Part shown: one piece after another, positions 37,041-49,450 of the stretch
How positions within the stretch are numbered: the first letter of the stretch is position 1
Layout of the letters: the number at the start of each line of letters is the position of its first letter
Source of the DNA: Azolla caroliniana
Taxonomy: Eukaryota; Plantae; Polypodiophyta
Length of the DNA: 64,000 bases
Assembly (NCBI GenBank): GCA_043228905.1
Contig: JBHGNT010000006.1
Span: 17,546,001 to 17,610,000 of the forward strand
Direction of reading: 5' to 3'
The notes under the pieces: model-generated
The model's input: the letters and a program-made list of their open reading frames with translations, nothing else
The model's database searches: none
Told to the model about the DNA's origin: nothing
Made by a program: the position numbers and the translations under genes

Positions 37041-37949
37041 TGTCGTAGTGTAATTCGCACACTACGTGAAAAATTACATTTTTGGTCTCTCCGGATAGGA
37101 CATGGAGTACCCGGTGAGAACCGGAAGAAGGAACCGGTAAGGACCGAAACCGGTAAGGAGACGGCAAGAGCCGGATGAAGAAGGCCGGAGAGAGTCGGTG
37201 AGAAACGAACGAAGAGATTAGTAAGGAGGTCCTGGTAAGAACCGGACAAAGAAAACTAGCAAGCACCGGATGAAGCAGAACCGGAAAGAGCCGGATGAAG
37301 AAGGCCGGTGAGAGTCTCTCACCAGATGAAGAGACATATTTGTAAATAGAAGAAAGTATAAAAAATATATATATTACTTGCATAGGGCAAGATTCGAACC
37401 TTGCACCTCCATGTTAATAATGTTAAGCCTTATCGTTATACTAACGTATTATGAATTTTAAATTTATACTAAACTTTATCCCATGTAAAATTTCTAGACA
37501 TGCATGGTACAAAAAGTTATTCATGCAGAGACACTCGAGTTAAAAGAAAAGATGAGATAGAAAGTTAATCATGCACATGCAGTGTGCAGGAAAACTAAAG
37601 ATAGGAAAAACATGATGCTTGCATGTGATAAACTTGGACTCTTCCAACACTATATAAGGAAGAGAGAAAGATGTATAGAGGTTGTTGATTATTTTACAAG
37701 GATTTTTATCAATCTAATATATTCGTGGGATTCACGATTTTTTTTCCATCTATTTCTCTCTTACATTCTAAGTATCAATTAATACACTATACTCGTGGGA
37801 TTCACGAGTTTCATATCTTCTTTCAAATATTTCTCTTTCTTGCAATCGATTCATAAGGAGCCTTATCTGATATTCTTCTTTCTCCTAGTCCAAAACCTCA
37901 GCGGTTCCCACCCGACTCACGAAACGATCCGGAGCCGAAAGGCACGACA
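37041..37949 (+). repeat. Solo LTR related to the gag-only element at 58672 (909 bp)
   Basis: tgtcgtagtgta...gaaaggcacgaca termini shared with 58672-59460; 4-bp TSD acgt; extra purine-rich repeat block 37090-37335. Confidence 0.92.
37381..37443 (-). promoter_or_regulatory. tRNA-like A-box/B-box module in solo LTR (antisense)
   Basis: Minus strand tagtataacgataag...aggtgcaaggttcgaatcttgccctatg; A box degenerate, B box perfect. Confidence 0.6.
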
Positions 37950-38338
37950 ACGTAATGGGATAACTCTCCATATACTAGTAGCGTATAAGAGAGACGGCTA
38001 CAACCAAACTCTCTAGACAGTGCACTAGTCGCAACACTTGCACTCACGCCTACGCTTCTTACGATTACAGCGATTACAATACGCCACCAAGAATCACAGA
38101 CACAGTAGATTAACCGCAGATCTGCACAAGATATTAGAGAAGATAAAACTCTATTAAGATACGCTCTATGCATCGAAATTTACACGCTACCTCTATTAGA
38201 GGATTTCTGCCCTTTATATACATAGGGTCTTTTAGCTGTTCACGCTTCCCGCGTGAACCGTTTACATGCGTTACGGTTTTTTACTATACTCTATATTTCT
38301 GCGCTCCTTTCCGTTGGTTACTATTCCGGCGGACAACA

Positions 38339-41300
38339 CCTAGCACGCCTATGGGACAGTGCCATGGCACGTCAGACCCACCCCTTTAATCTTCCTCCAA
38401 AATGGCCCTGATGTTTGGTTCTGCTCCAGTGTCTGGGTCCGGGGATGGCGTAGTGTTCGTAGGCACCTCGTTGTGTGGTTGCACTACTTGCTCGGTAGGG
38501 CTTCCCATGGTGTCGATGACTTCTTGTGTGGGCGGTCCGGGCTCTACTGGCTCGTCTTGTGCTATTGTGGTTGGTTCGGCCGCCTGTGGACTCGTGGTAG
38601 GTCGAGGTTCCATCTCGTCCATAATCTCCTCCGTGGTGTCGGTCGTAGTCGTACGCTCCGGTGAATGGGGTTGGGGTTCCTCTTGGTCGGCGGTTTCGCT
38701 TTCTGGTCTCGCAGGGGGGTCCGCTTGCCATTCTGTGTTGTCCACGGCAGCGGTTACTTCCAGTGACATGGGCTGAGGTTCCTCTTGTTCGGCAGTATCC
38801 GGAATTGGTATCGCGATGGATTCCTCGTTTGTTCGCGTGCTACCGGCTTGCATGATCTGGTGAAACAGGTCCTCTTGACTTTCGCCAAAATCGTTCAATA
38901 GCTGCACGAGTTCTTCGAAGTGTTGGTCCACTAGCGTGCAATAGTCTTGCGCTAGGTCCTCACGTACTGCCGCAATGCTTTCCTCATTGAGCTTGTAGAA
39001 CCCTCGGTCGTCTTTCCTTGTGCGGTTCTCCCAGTCCGCCCGGTATGTATGCAATTCCGCTGCTTGTGCGGCCCACCCCATCCAGCCTTTGTCTAGCGCC
39101 GCTTTTAATTGCGTCGTAAACCTCTCCCGATTTGTTTGAAGAAGTATGCTCACGTTGTCGGTTTTTGCTTGGCAACGGTTGTGTGCTTCTTCTACGGTTT
39201 TCTTGAGGTTTTGGATTTCTACTTTACTAACAGCCACCGCTGCCTCATAAGTACTCTGCATTCCTGCCCATAGCTAAGATTACTTCGCATTTAATTCTTC
39301 CAGCTTTCCCATTTCATTGTTTAGGCGGATTTCGAATTGATGCCTCCTCTCCTGTTCCCCTACCAGCTGCTTGTCGAACCATGCTTTCTTCTTGTCTAAT
39401 AATGCCTGGAGTCCCGTAATCGCTGCTTTCGATTTTTTCTCTTCCTCCCGTAGTTTGGCGTTTTCTTCTTTCGAGCAGGTGTGTTGTGCTGCCTCCGCTA
39501 CGAGTTTCTCTTCCAAGGTCTTCACTGCCTTTCAGCCATTCGCCCGGATGTCCTTTTCTCTGTCCGAGGACTGGCAAAGTTCGCAGCGGAGACGGTCAAT
39601 CTCTTATTCCGCTAGTTGCATGGCCCGTTTTGCTTTCGAGGCAATGGCAGTCTGGGCTTCAATTTCTTTTCTGAAGGCCTCGACAGCGTTGGCTGTTGGT
39701 TGTGCTACCTGTTACGCTGTAGTCGCGTTACATTCCAACTTCGCGATGCGTGCGTTGGCCTTTTGTAGCTCGGCTTGGGTCAGTTCAACAGTCTTCCAGA
39801 CATTTTTATTTTTAATCGCCATATCCTTGGCACCCATACTAACCTTCGCCAGTTCCCTATGAACTTCAACAAGGGCCACGTTTAATGGGGGTAGTTCCAT
39901 CCCCATTCGGTGTATACCGGCGTTCCGCTGTCTGCCGACTCTGGCCAACTGCTCCTCATCATCACTTTCTGTCGTTTGTGTTAGCGCACGCTCGATCATT
40001 TGGCGCTCCGCGTGCTCCTCGACCATACGTTGTGAGACTTTTATTTGTTGTGTGGCCAAAAATTCCATGAGTTCAAAAGTGGTTCCGAACTGTAATAGTA
40101 TGCCGAACTCATGGGCCGTGTCCGGAATGTCCAGATATGCCAGGACCTCGCTTTCTTCCGTAAATACGCCTTTCCCCCGTTGTGACTGGGCCGTAATGAT
40201 CAGTCGTGGTTCCGTAAATACACCTTCAAAGGTGGTGTTGGGCTCCGTAGCTATGGAGTTGTCGACCACGGTCGTCGTCTCTATGGCTGCGAGTGTGTCT
40301 TTAACTAACCCGCGCCCATCTTTCCTGTCTAGCCTCCGCCGTTTCGGCCTTAGGCTTGCTTGACTTGGCTCGGCTTCTAGGTCCTACGCAGCTTGCTCAC
40401 TGCACTCCGCCCGTTCTTCCTACGTTGTTCGCGTGTTTGTCTGGGCTGATTGGGGTTCATCTTCCCACTCTATGGTGGCCAACTCTACTAACCTTCGCTT
40501 CGCGGATCGTGGCGGTGGCGTGGGTTTGCTGGGTTGCGGTGCCGGCAGTCCTCGGGGTGGGAATAGTATCGTCAAATATTGTTGAATGATAGGCCTTAAT
40601 TTTTTGCCTCCTTGATACACGTGTAGGCCTTCCTGTAACGCGGGTCATGTAATGACCCCCGAATTGACCGTGCGCCCTTCAAAGGTATCAATGATGATAC
40701 CTGCCTTTTCCTTGGGCATCCCATATGCGTTTACATGTACGCATCCGACCTCCAACAGGAACTTGGCTATTTCGCGGAAAAAGGGGTCGGGGATTTCCTT
40801 CGTTCTGTAGGCCTTAGCGGATGCCGAGTATGGCCCGAAATATCTCTACAAAGTTTCTGCAGGAGGGATTTCGAAATGCCTTTCACCTAGTGATGATAGG
40901 TCAAGCTTTTTCCGGATGGATGTGTTGGTGACAGTGTCGATATTGAGCTTCCTAGCGATGTCCAGTGCGTCAGGGTGGGGAGGTGCCTCGGCGACTTTGA
41001 TATATCCATCCAAGTGTTTCTCCACGAGCCATCGACGCAAGATGGCAGAAATAGGTATCGGCATAGTCGGATGGTTAGGTTCGTGGTTGATGGGTGAGGA
41101 TTGTTGGCTATGGTGAACTTGAGCTCTGTGATAAGATGGAGAAGAGGGTGAGGGAGGGGAGCGATGAGAGCGATGAGAGCGATGAGAGTTAGAAGGTTGG
41201 TTTCTGTACTATGTAGAAAACCTTCTTTTTCCTTCTTTTTGTGGCCTAGGGTTCATTGGTCGGTAAGCCATCGTGGTGCTGCGTGTTCTTGATCTAGAAG

Positions 41301-41862
41301 TCTGTGCATGCCTTAAGTCCTTTTAATAGCGTCGCTATCTTCTCTTGTTTTTTTTTTTTCGTAATGGTTACATAAAATATTCTTTTTACATTAGAGTACA
41401 AATGGAGCCCAATACTTACTCCACGGATTTCCCGGCTTTGTCCTGTCCGACGGGAAACGAGTTGGGTGGCGTAGGTCCCAGATACGGTTTAACGTGAAAC
41501 CCATTCACTATTTGTTGCAACACTTCCCCGGCCAACGTGCCAAGTTGAAACATACCCTGTTCCACTCCTACTATCCAGTACGGGCCTGTCCAATGGAATC
41601 TTAATTTTCATGGCAAATGCCCCATGCGTGTTTGGAAAACTAATAACACTTTCCCAACCGTAAAATCTTTTTCCCGCGTATGCCGGTGTCGGTTTATGAA
41701 TGCTTTGCGCCACTGCTATTCCTGCTCCAATATGGCCATACTGCGTAAGCGTGTTTCACCTAGCTCCAGCAATTGTTGTAGTTGTATTTGCTCAGATTTT
41801 CCCTTTGGTAGCCGGGCTCGTACTTGAATTTGCAGACTGGGTACCTGGAATTCGACTAGCAT
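38339..41862 (-). mobile_element. 3' portion of an Athila/Tat-like Gypsy element: integrase C-terminus, extra 3' ORF, PPT-like tract
   Basis: Minus strand 41862-41440 encodes VEFQVPSL...KLRFHWTGPYWI...VNGFHVKPY; PPT-like aaaggggtggg at 38387-38377. Confidence 0.8.
38386..41064 (-). pseudogene. Extra 3' ORF (~850 aa if joined): globular N-terminus, long coiled coil, Pro/Thr/Glu-rich tail
   Basis: Fragments 40846-41064, 39712-40269, 39280-39525 and 38386-39261; the last three share a frame. Confidence 0.65.
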
Positions 41863-42317
41863 TATTAGAGATCTAGGTACTAAAGTAAGCTTAAGATAAG
41901 GATAAACTAATGATGGATAGAAAGGAGAAAGAGAAAGAAGGGTGTTGATCCACCCGACCACCCCCGAGCGAAGGGATCGAGACGGACTCGAGCCTCGATC
42001 GGCGTCCCATACCACCACCGTGGCGTCGAGTCATACCTGGTGCTGGCGCGCTCCCTACAAGAGTGGACCCACCACAAGAGCAGAGTCTCGATGTAGTCAA
42101 AAGATGATCAAATGAGGGTAGCTAGGCCTCTTATTTATAGCGATACCCAAGGCCCCAAGGCAAGTTCACACTTGACCTAATGGGTTGTCTCAATCCCGAG
42201 GATTTAAAGTAATCCTCCCCTTCTTTACACTCTCGTTTAACCCTCACACTTATCCACGTGTATAGAATACTACGGTAAATTCTCACCACGGGATATTAAA
42301 TGGTCATGCCCGTAACA
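41863..42317 (-). repeat. 3' LTR of the chromovirus
   Basis: Homologous to solo LTR 20667-21132; adjacent PPT. Confidence 0.9.
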
Positions 42318-43024
42318 TACTCCCCTTCTTTAACACATTGCACTCTTCCAATGGAATGTTAGGGAAGTTTGTTCTTAGAGTACTCTTGCGTTCCCATGTG
42401 GCATCTTTGATAGATTTGTCCATCCATTTTATTTTAAATTCCCAGATTTCTTTAGTACGTAACTTTTTTGTTTTAACATCAAGAATTCTTTCTGGTACAT
42501 GTGGTTTCGAAGATAAATCTTCAGAAGTAACCAGAGTTTCAATTGTAACTGTGTTGTCGCTAGAACCTAGAAGTTCTTTTAGACGACTCACATGGAAGAC
42601 TGGATGAATTCCAACACCATCGGGAAGAGCGAGACGATAGGCTGATGACCGAATGCGTTTGAGGACTGTAAAAGGTCCACAAAACCGTGAGGCTAACTTA
42701 GCGCACTTACCCGTAGACAATGTCTTAGAATTGTGAGGTACACGTAAAAATACCTTCTGTCCAGGGTTGAATACACGAGGTTGCCTATGATGGTCGGCAT
42801 AAAAACGCGCTCTATCTTGAGTTGTTTTTATATTATCTCGTGCAATATGCAACATATCATGCATATCCTGAAGAAATTTTTGCATACTTCACAACTCATC
42901 ATGATGTATATTAACATCAATCGGGGCTCCTGGCTGAAAACCACACATCAACATAAAAGGACTATATCCCGTCGACGTATGCTTGGAGCTATTATAAGCA
43001 AACTCCAAAATTGGGAGATAACGT

Positions 43025-46000
43025 TGTCATGAAGAAAACCGGCCATAGGCGGATTCGGACAAAGAGGCGCATGAACCGGCTCTTACACGGATGGACGCAT
43101 GACTTGATATAGATTCATAAATGGATCAACTGATGTAAATACTAAGTAGTGCACATTTATTAGGAGGGATTGTGCGTATCTCTGTCAGAAGGGACAGGGA
43201 ATAAAGCGATTTCACTAGGGAAAAGGGCACCCCTTTTTTTGGAAACTATTTAAGGAGAGGAGAGAAGGAAGAGAAGGGGGATCGCGCGTTAAGGAGGAAG
43301 TGCTGTAGGACCGAGAGCGGAACTCTCTCTCCTCCTCCGACCGTCATTCTCTGTGGGAGCGGGGAGTTCGACGCCTCTACTTCGTGGGTAGCCTGTGCGC
43401 TGCCAGCAGAGGCTTTTCCTTCTGCGTTTCTCTGGGTCCAGTGTGTTCCGTTTGTGTGTGTGAGTAGGGTCCCCGTGTCGGGCCCATCGCCGCCTTGCCA
43501 ATTGTAACCGTCGGAGTTTGTAATCTCTTGTTATTGTAATCAAGTGTTCCGTTTATATCTCTCCTTCTCGCTTCTGCGTGTCTGTGAATCTCTCTCTCTC
43601 TCTCTCGCTCCTCGGTCCAAGACCCCCGTGCTCCCGCCCCTTCTACGCGCACACGCGTAACAACACGACATATTTGGTGAACCCGACGTGAAACGGGCGG
43701 TAAAGGAGTCGAAAGATGAGGGGATCGGAGCTAGCAGAGGCAATGGCGGTAGCCGTCGACTGGTTGGTAAGCGCTCGTAAGCGGACGGGTACCCTCGACA
43801 GAGCCATTGAATCGATTGTCGGCTCTATAGGCCGGTTCAGAGGAAAAGACGCCACAAGTTATTTGGAGGCTTACCGGGCCGAAATGATCATGAGGGATAT
43901 CCCGGTGGACAGGCGGCTGTCCAGATTCCCTCGGGTGGTGACGTTGGGCATCCACGCGGAGGTGCTCGAGGTGCTGGCCGGATGCCAGACTTGGGAGGAA
44001 TTCGAGCTGTAGCTCCTCGAGAAGTACGGGTTTGACGACTCGCTTCAGCTGTCGAGGAGGGACTTCATGGCGTGGGTGGAAAGCCCCGGAAAAGGGAGGA
44101 ACACGTTGGTGTTCCTCCAGGAGTTCGAAAAACGGTTTGTGCGGCTGTCGACGCTGGACCGGCCAGTGCTCAAAACGAGTCGAGTACTACTGTTTGTCAA
44201 GTTGGTGGACGCGCTCGACAGGGAAAAGGTGGGTCCCCAATTGGAAACGGACGAAGGGCTCACGGCAAACTGGGCCGTGGTAAAACGGGTCTGCAGCCGT
44301 TTCGACAAACGGCGCGATTGGAACGACAGAAGCTCGTCGGGGTCAGGGCCGGTCCCGGGGAGGAGGCTCGAGGAGCCGGTATCGGTGCCGGCCGGTAGGA
44401 AGGAAGAGACCCAAATCTGGCTAGAGGCCCATCCGGAGGAGCGGCTCTAGAGGAGCTGACACAGATGGTGCGCGACCTGCAGATCACACAGGCCCGGAGA
44501 GACAGCGGCGAACAACCTCGCGACTGGAGGCCGCCGGCTGGGCAGCGGTGCATGTGGTGTCATGCGATCGGTCACATTTGGAAGGATTGCACGGATTTCG
44601 CTGGCGCACTCAGGACCAACGTGGTGTACCTCTGGAACGGGCAGGTGCACGCGACCGAGACCCGGAGAACCCTAAAACTGAATACGGGGCGCGGCAGAAT
44701 GAAGAAGTTGATGGAAGAGGCCGCGGCACAGCATGTAGAAGCCGTTAACTACTCAGTGTCGGCGGGAATTCGGGTCGGAGGTGAGCAGACCCGGAAGGCG
44801 GAGGACTCTGGATTCTAGCCGCTAGTGCTAGAAGGCCTCTCCGGAGTTCGGTTGAAGAAGGAAGAGGCGGACTGCGCGGAACAACGGGTCCTTGAGGTCA
44901 CCGGATGGGACGATCCGGTCGAAGAGAAAACAGGCTTCGTAGAAGCCGCTTGCCAGAACTACGAGGTTCTGGTGGAGGACAAACGGGGAGGAAAAGCCGG
45001 AGGGGTCAGTTCCCCGCAGAGGTATGAGACCCAGTTCGGACCGAAACCAACCGGTGCCGGCAACCCAAGCGCGCCGGACGGAAAGAAGCAGGCGGGGTTT
45101 CAGTTGAGCACCGAAATCGAAAGGACCACAAACCTGCAAAAGGTCCTGGAGGAACGTATCCTCGACAGTAAAGTGGAGTTGTCGTTGCGGGAGGTGTTGG
45201 GAATCGCCAAGAGGGAGTTCCATGACTCCATCGTAGACCTGGTGAAGCTGAAGAGGCTCTCGACGGATCCAGAACCGGAGAAGCCGGTGGAGGTGCGGAC
45301 TACGCACTTAGAAGACGTGGCCCTAGAAGACGAGTTGGCGGAAAGCCACTACGCAAAGCCGCATTGGGCCAAGGCAACTACGGAAACCCCTGTACGGATC
45401 GGCGACATTCTAGAACCGGGGGTGGCCTTGGCAGACCATGGATCCAAAATCAACCTTATGTCCATGGATTTCTACAAGAGGGGTAAATGGGCGATCAACA
45501 CCAAGCTACGGAGGAGCTGCATGGCGCGTGCCCGAATATACACGTAAAGGTTGGTGACGTCGAGATAGATCAACATTTCTTCCTGCAAGAAACATCCTCG
45601 CACCAGGTGATTCTCGGCGAACCATACATTACGGCAACACGCATGGAGACGAAGGTGCTGGACAACGGTTCGGCGTATGCACGCGTCAAGAGCCAGGACG
45701 GTCGGCATTCCATCCAATTCATGACCGTACGTCCGAACCATGAGAGGAATCGCGAGACCCTCGGCGGCAACAACCGAGGGGATTTTTAGAGAGGGCTATC
45801 AAGGCATGGGGCTGCGGTAGTCCGGACATACCAGAAGAACCCCACACATGTACAGTACGTAGGAAGTTTTGGTTTTCCGAAAACGGAGGTTGTTCTATAG
45901 CCAACGTCAGCGGCCGGGAAAGGAAGCGAGCGGAGGAGCGGCTGAGGGGATGCGAAGTCCTCTCCCCCGACGAAGAGATCAGCGGCGCCATGGAGGCGGT

Positions 46001-49000
46001 CTCTTTTGATGACACCTTGGGCGAGTTGCGGAAGGTGACCAGTGAAAACCTTAGAGAACACTGGACCGTTCTGGTTAGTTCGATGGGAATGTACGAAGTC
46101 ATCGCGAACTTCGGGGAAAGGATCTGGTCGGATCGGATGACCCGCGTGGATACAAAGTACAAGACTGTGGACCGGAAGGTGAGGCCAGTCACGGCACCCT
46201 TGCCGGAGGGCAGCGAGGAGCGGATAAAAGGGGTCACGTCGGACCGAGGTTTACGGAATCCGGCGGGCATAGGGCACCAGCTCACCGACATAACGCTACG
46301 GGAGCTCAAGGTCGGTGGGGGTGGCTTCCTACTGCCAGCAGAGGAGGATGGGTTTCGGAGAATGCTCGAAAAGCATGGGAAAGCCTTCGTGTTCTCACTA
46401 CAGGAGATTGGGTGCGTGGACCCGACGATCGTCGAACCGATGGTGATCTTCACAGTACCGCATGTACCGTGGAATCTCAAACTGATTCCGGTGCCGAGAG
46501 CTCACATCCCGAAGTTGATGGAGCTTCTAAAGCAGAAGGTGGAGATGGGCATCCTCGAACCGTCGAGTGCCCCGTATTCGAATCGGTGGTTTACGGTGCC
46601 GAAGAAGAACGGCACGCTACGCTTCATTCAGGACCTGCAACCGGTCAACAGGGTGACCATCCGTAATGCAGGAATCGGACCGACCATAGACGAGTTCACA
46701 GAGGCCTTCACTGGAAGATCGATCTATTCGGTCGGTGACTTATACTCGGGGTACAACCAATTCCAGCTAGCCGTTGAGAGCACGGATATCACGATGATGC
46801 GAACTCCTCTCGGCCTGGTACGAATGTGTACCCTACCACAAGGAGGGACAAATTCGGTGGCGCATATGGTGAACGCAATGAACAAGGTGCTCAGGGACTG
46901 CATCCCGGACATCACCATGCCATTCTTCGACGACATCCCGATAAAGGGGTGTCCGGTGGAAGATGCAGACGAGACTATCGGGACAGACAGATGCCGGAGG
47001 TTCATCGTGAACCACATCAACGACTGCAAGAAGGTGTTGCAGAGGCTCGAAAACATACGACTCACCTTCTCCGGAGAAAAATCGACGTTCGGGCAGTCGG
47101 AGATCCTGGTGGATGGACACCTGTGCGGGCCTTACAGTAGGAAACCGTCTCCGGCAAAGGTAGAGGCCATCTCCGCGATGAGGAACGATTGCGGGTCGGT
47201 TACAGAGGTCCGCAGATTCTTGGGTGCATGCGCGTTTTACCACATCTGGAGCCCGCACTATGCACATGTCACGGAACCCCTGTACATACTATTGAAAAAG
47301 GGGCGTAGCTTTGAGTGAGGACGGAGCACACAGAGTCGGTACGGAGACTAAAGGAGACGCTTACGGTAGCACCGGCTCTCTGAAAAGCGGTTTACGACAA
47401 GGATGCCCCCATTTGCGTGACGGTGGACACGAGCCCGACTGGGATCAGGTGGGTAATCAGCCACGAGGACAAGGACGACGTACGGTTCCCAATCCGGTTC
47501 GGGGCGAAGGTATTGAGGGAGCGGCAGTGAGGATACGCCCAAGTTAAGCGCGAGCTTTGGGGTATCGTTACGACAATCAAGGCCGACAAGGACTATCTGA
47601 TCGGGATGGAGGTGATCATCGAGACGGACTGCTTGCCGATACTCGGCATGGTTTCCGGATGCGCGACGCCAAATCTAGCAATGCTCCAGTGGATAGCGTA
47701 CGTTAAGTTCTTGAACCCGGAGATACGGCACATATCAGGAAAAGATAATGCCATGGCCGACATGCTTTCGAGAGCGAGGTTCAATGACGAAGATGGCATG
47801 GTTTCGGATGACGAAGAAGTCGGCGAGGACTTCTTCGGGTCGGCTAACGTAACAACGAGGAAAGGGGACACTCTGGCGCTTAACGAATTTGAAGAAAATA
47901 GGTACGACGGGGAGTGGCTCCAAATCGGGAGGTTCCTACGGGCGATGATGCCGGATGCAGCGTGGACGAGAGAAGAGGAGAGCCGGGTACGGAAGAAGGC
48001 GTATGATTCTTCCTACAGGACGGGTGTATATGGAGGCACCCAAAGAAGAAAAACGGCATTCCGCTCCGAGTAGTGGCAAGGAAAGAAGAACAAGGGGGAC
48101 TACTGGTGGCATTTCACGAGAGTCCCTGGGCCGGGCACCGCGGAACATGGGCCACATTCAAGAAGCTGAAGGAGAAGTACTGGTGGCTGGGGCTGTACCG
48201 GGACGTGCATCGGTTTGTAACGACTTGCGAAAGTTGTCAGATGCACTCCGTGGTCCGACATCGGAACGAGCTACACCCGACCTACCCGCCTACGGTCCAT
48301 TTCAAGTGGGTGGTACACTTGGTGACGATGCCGATGGGAGTAGGACAGATGCGATACCTGGTGCTTGCGCGAGAAGACTTAACGAACCAGGTGGAAGGCC
48401 GTGCCCTACAGAACAAGACAATCGTGGCGGTATGCCGGTTCCTGATCGAAGAGGTAGTGTGTCGGTATGGGTGCGTCGGGAGGATCGTGGCGGACCGGGG
48501 AGAGCTGGATGTGAGGGAGGCTGAGGAGTTGTTCGACCGGCTAGGGGTCAAACTCTCCCTCACTACGGCATACAATCCGGAGGCGAACGGAAAGGTAGAA
48601 CATGGGCATGGGCCGATCGTAAAGGCGTTGGTGCGTGCATGAGGAGGGCAGGTCGGGAATTGGCCGAAACTCCTTCCTTACACACTATGGGCGGACTGAA
48701 CTACGCACAGTTCGGTAACAGGGTTTATACCGGCAGAGCTGATGCATGGACAGAAGCCGATCATGCCAGTGGTACGGACGGTTTCTTCGTAGGCGGCGGT
48801 AGATTGGAAGGATGAGATGAGTCGGGAGGACGCATGACTTGATATTGATTCATAAATGGATCAACTGATGTAAATACTAAGTAGTGCACATTTATTAGGA
48901 GGGATTGTGCGTATCTCTATCAGAAGGGACATGGAATAAAGCGATTTGACTAGGGAAAAGGGAACCCCTTTTTTTGGACACTATTTATGGAGAGGAGAGA

Positions 49001-49324
49001 AGGAAGAGAAGGGGGATCGCGCGTTAAGGAGGAGGAAGTGCTGCAGGACCGAGAGCGGAACTCTCTCTCCTCCTCCGACCGTCATTCTCTGTGGGAGCGG
49101 GAAGTTCGACGCCTCTACTTCGTGGGTAGCCCGTGCGCTGCTAGTAGAGGCTTTTCCTTCTGCGTTTCTCTGGGTCCAGTGTGTTCCATCTGTGTGCGTG
49201 AGTAGGGTCCCCGTGTCGGGCCCTTCGCCGCCTTGCCGATTGTAACCGTCGGAATTTGTAATCTCTTTTCATTGCAATCAAGTGTTCCGTTTATATCTCT
49301 CCTTCTCGCTTCTGCGTGTCTATG

Positions 49325-49389
<65 letters not shown>

Positions 49390-49450
49390 CCTCAGTTCAA
49401 GACCCCCGTGGACCCGCCCCTTCTATGTGCGCGCGCGTAACAACATGACA
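43025..49450 (+). mobile_element. tRNA-Trp-primed Phygy-type Gypsy, copy 2 (related subfamily, degraded)
   Basis: 5' LTR 43025-43670, PBS-Trp at 43675, gag/PR/RT/RH/INT homologous to copy 1, 3' LTR remnant 48828-49450; 4-bp TSD acgt. Confidence 0.93.
43716..48827 (+). pseudogene. gag-pol: Phygy copy 2 gag-pro and pol remnants
   Basis: ORF fragments 43716-45789 (gag-PR) and 45780-48827 (pol); multiple stops. Confidence 0.88.

Larger units (their letters stand above)
36945..38338 (-). repeat. LTR of another family (~480 bp net) with non-matching flanks, interrupted by a solo LTR
   Basis: TG..CA termini; minus-strand TATA near 38213-38220; same terminus as the fragment ending at 17814; flanks ctctc vs cctag. 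Confidence 0.75.

Noticed and set aside
49327-49386. Long (CT)n tract and the low-complexity ORF over it
   Set aside because: Microsatellite expansion within the Phygy 2 3' LTR (shorter in the 5' LTR); not coding.
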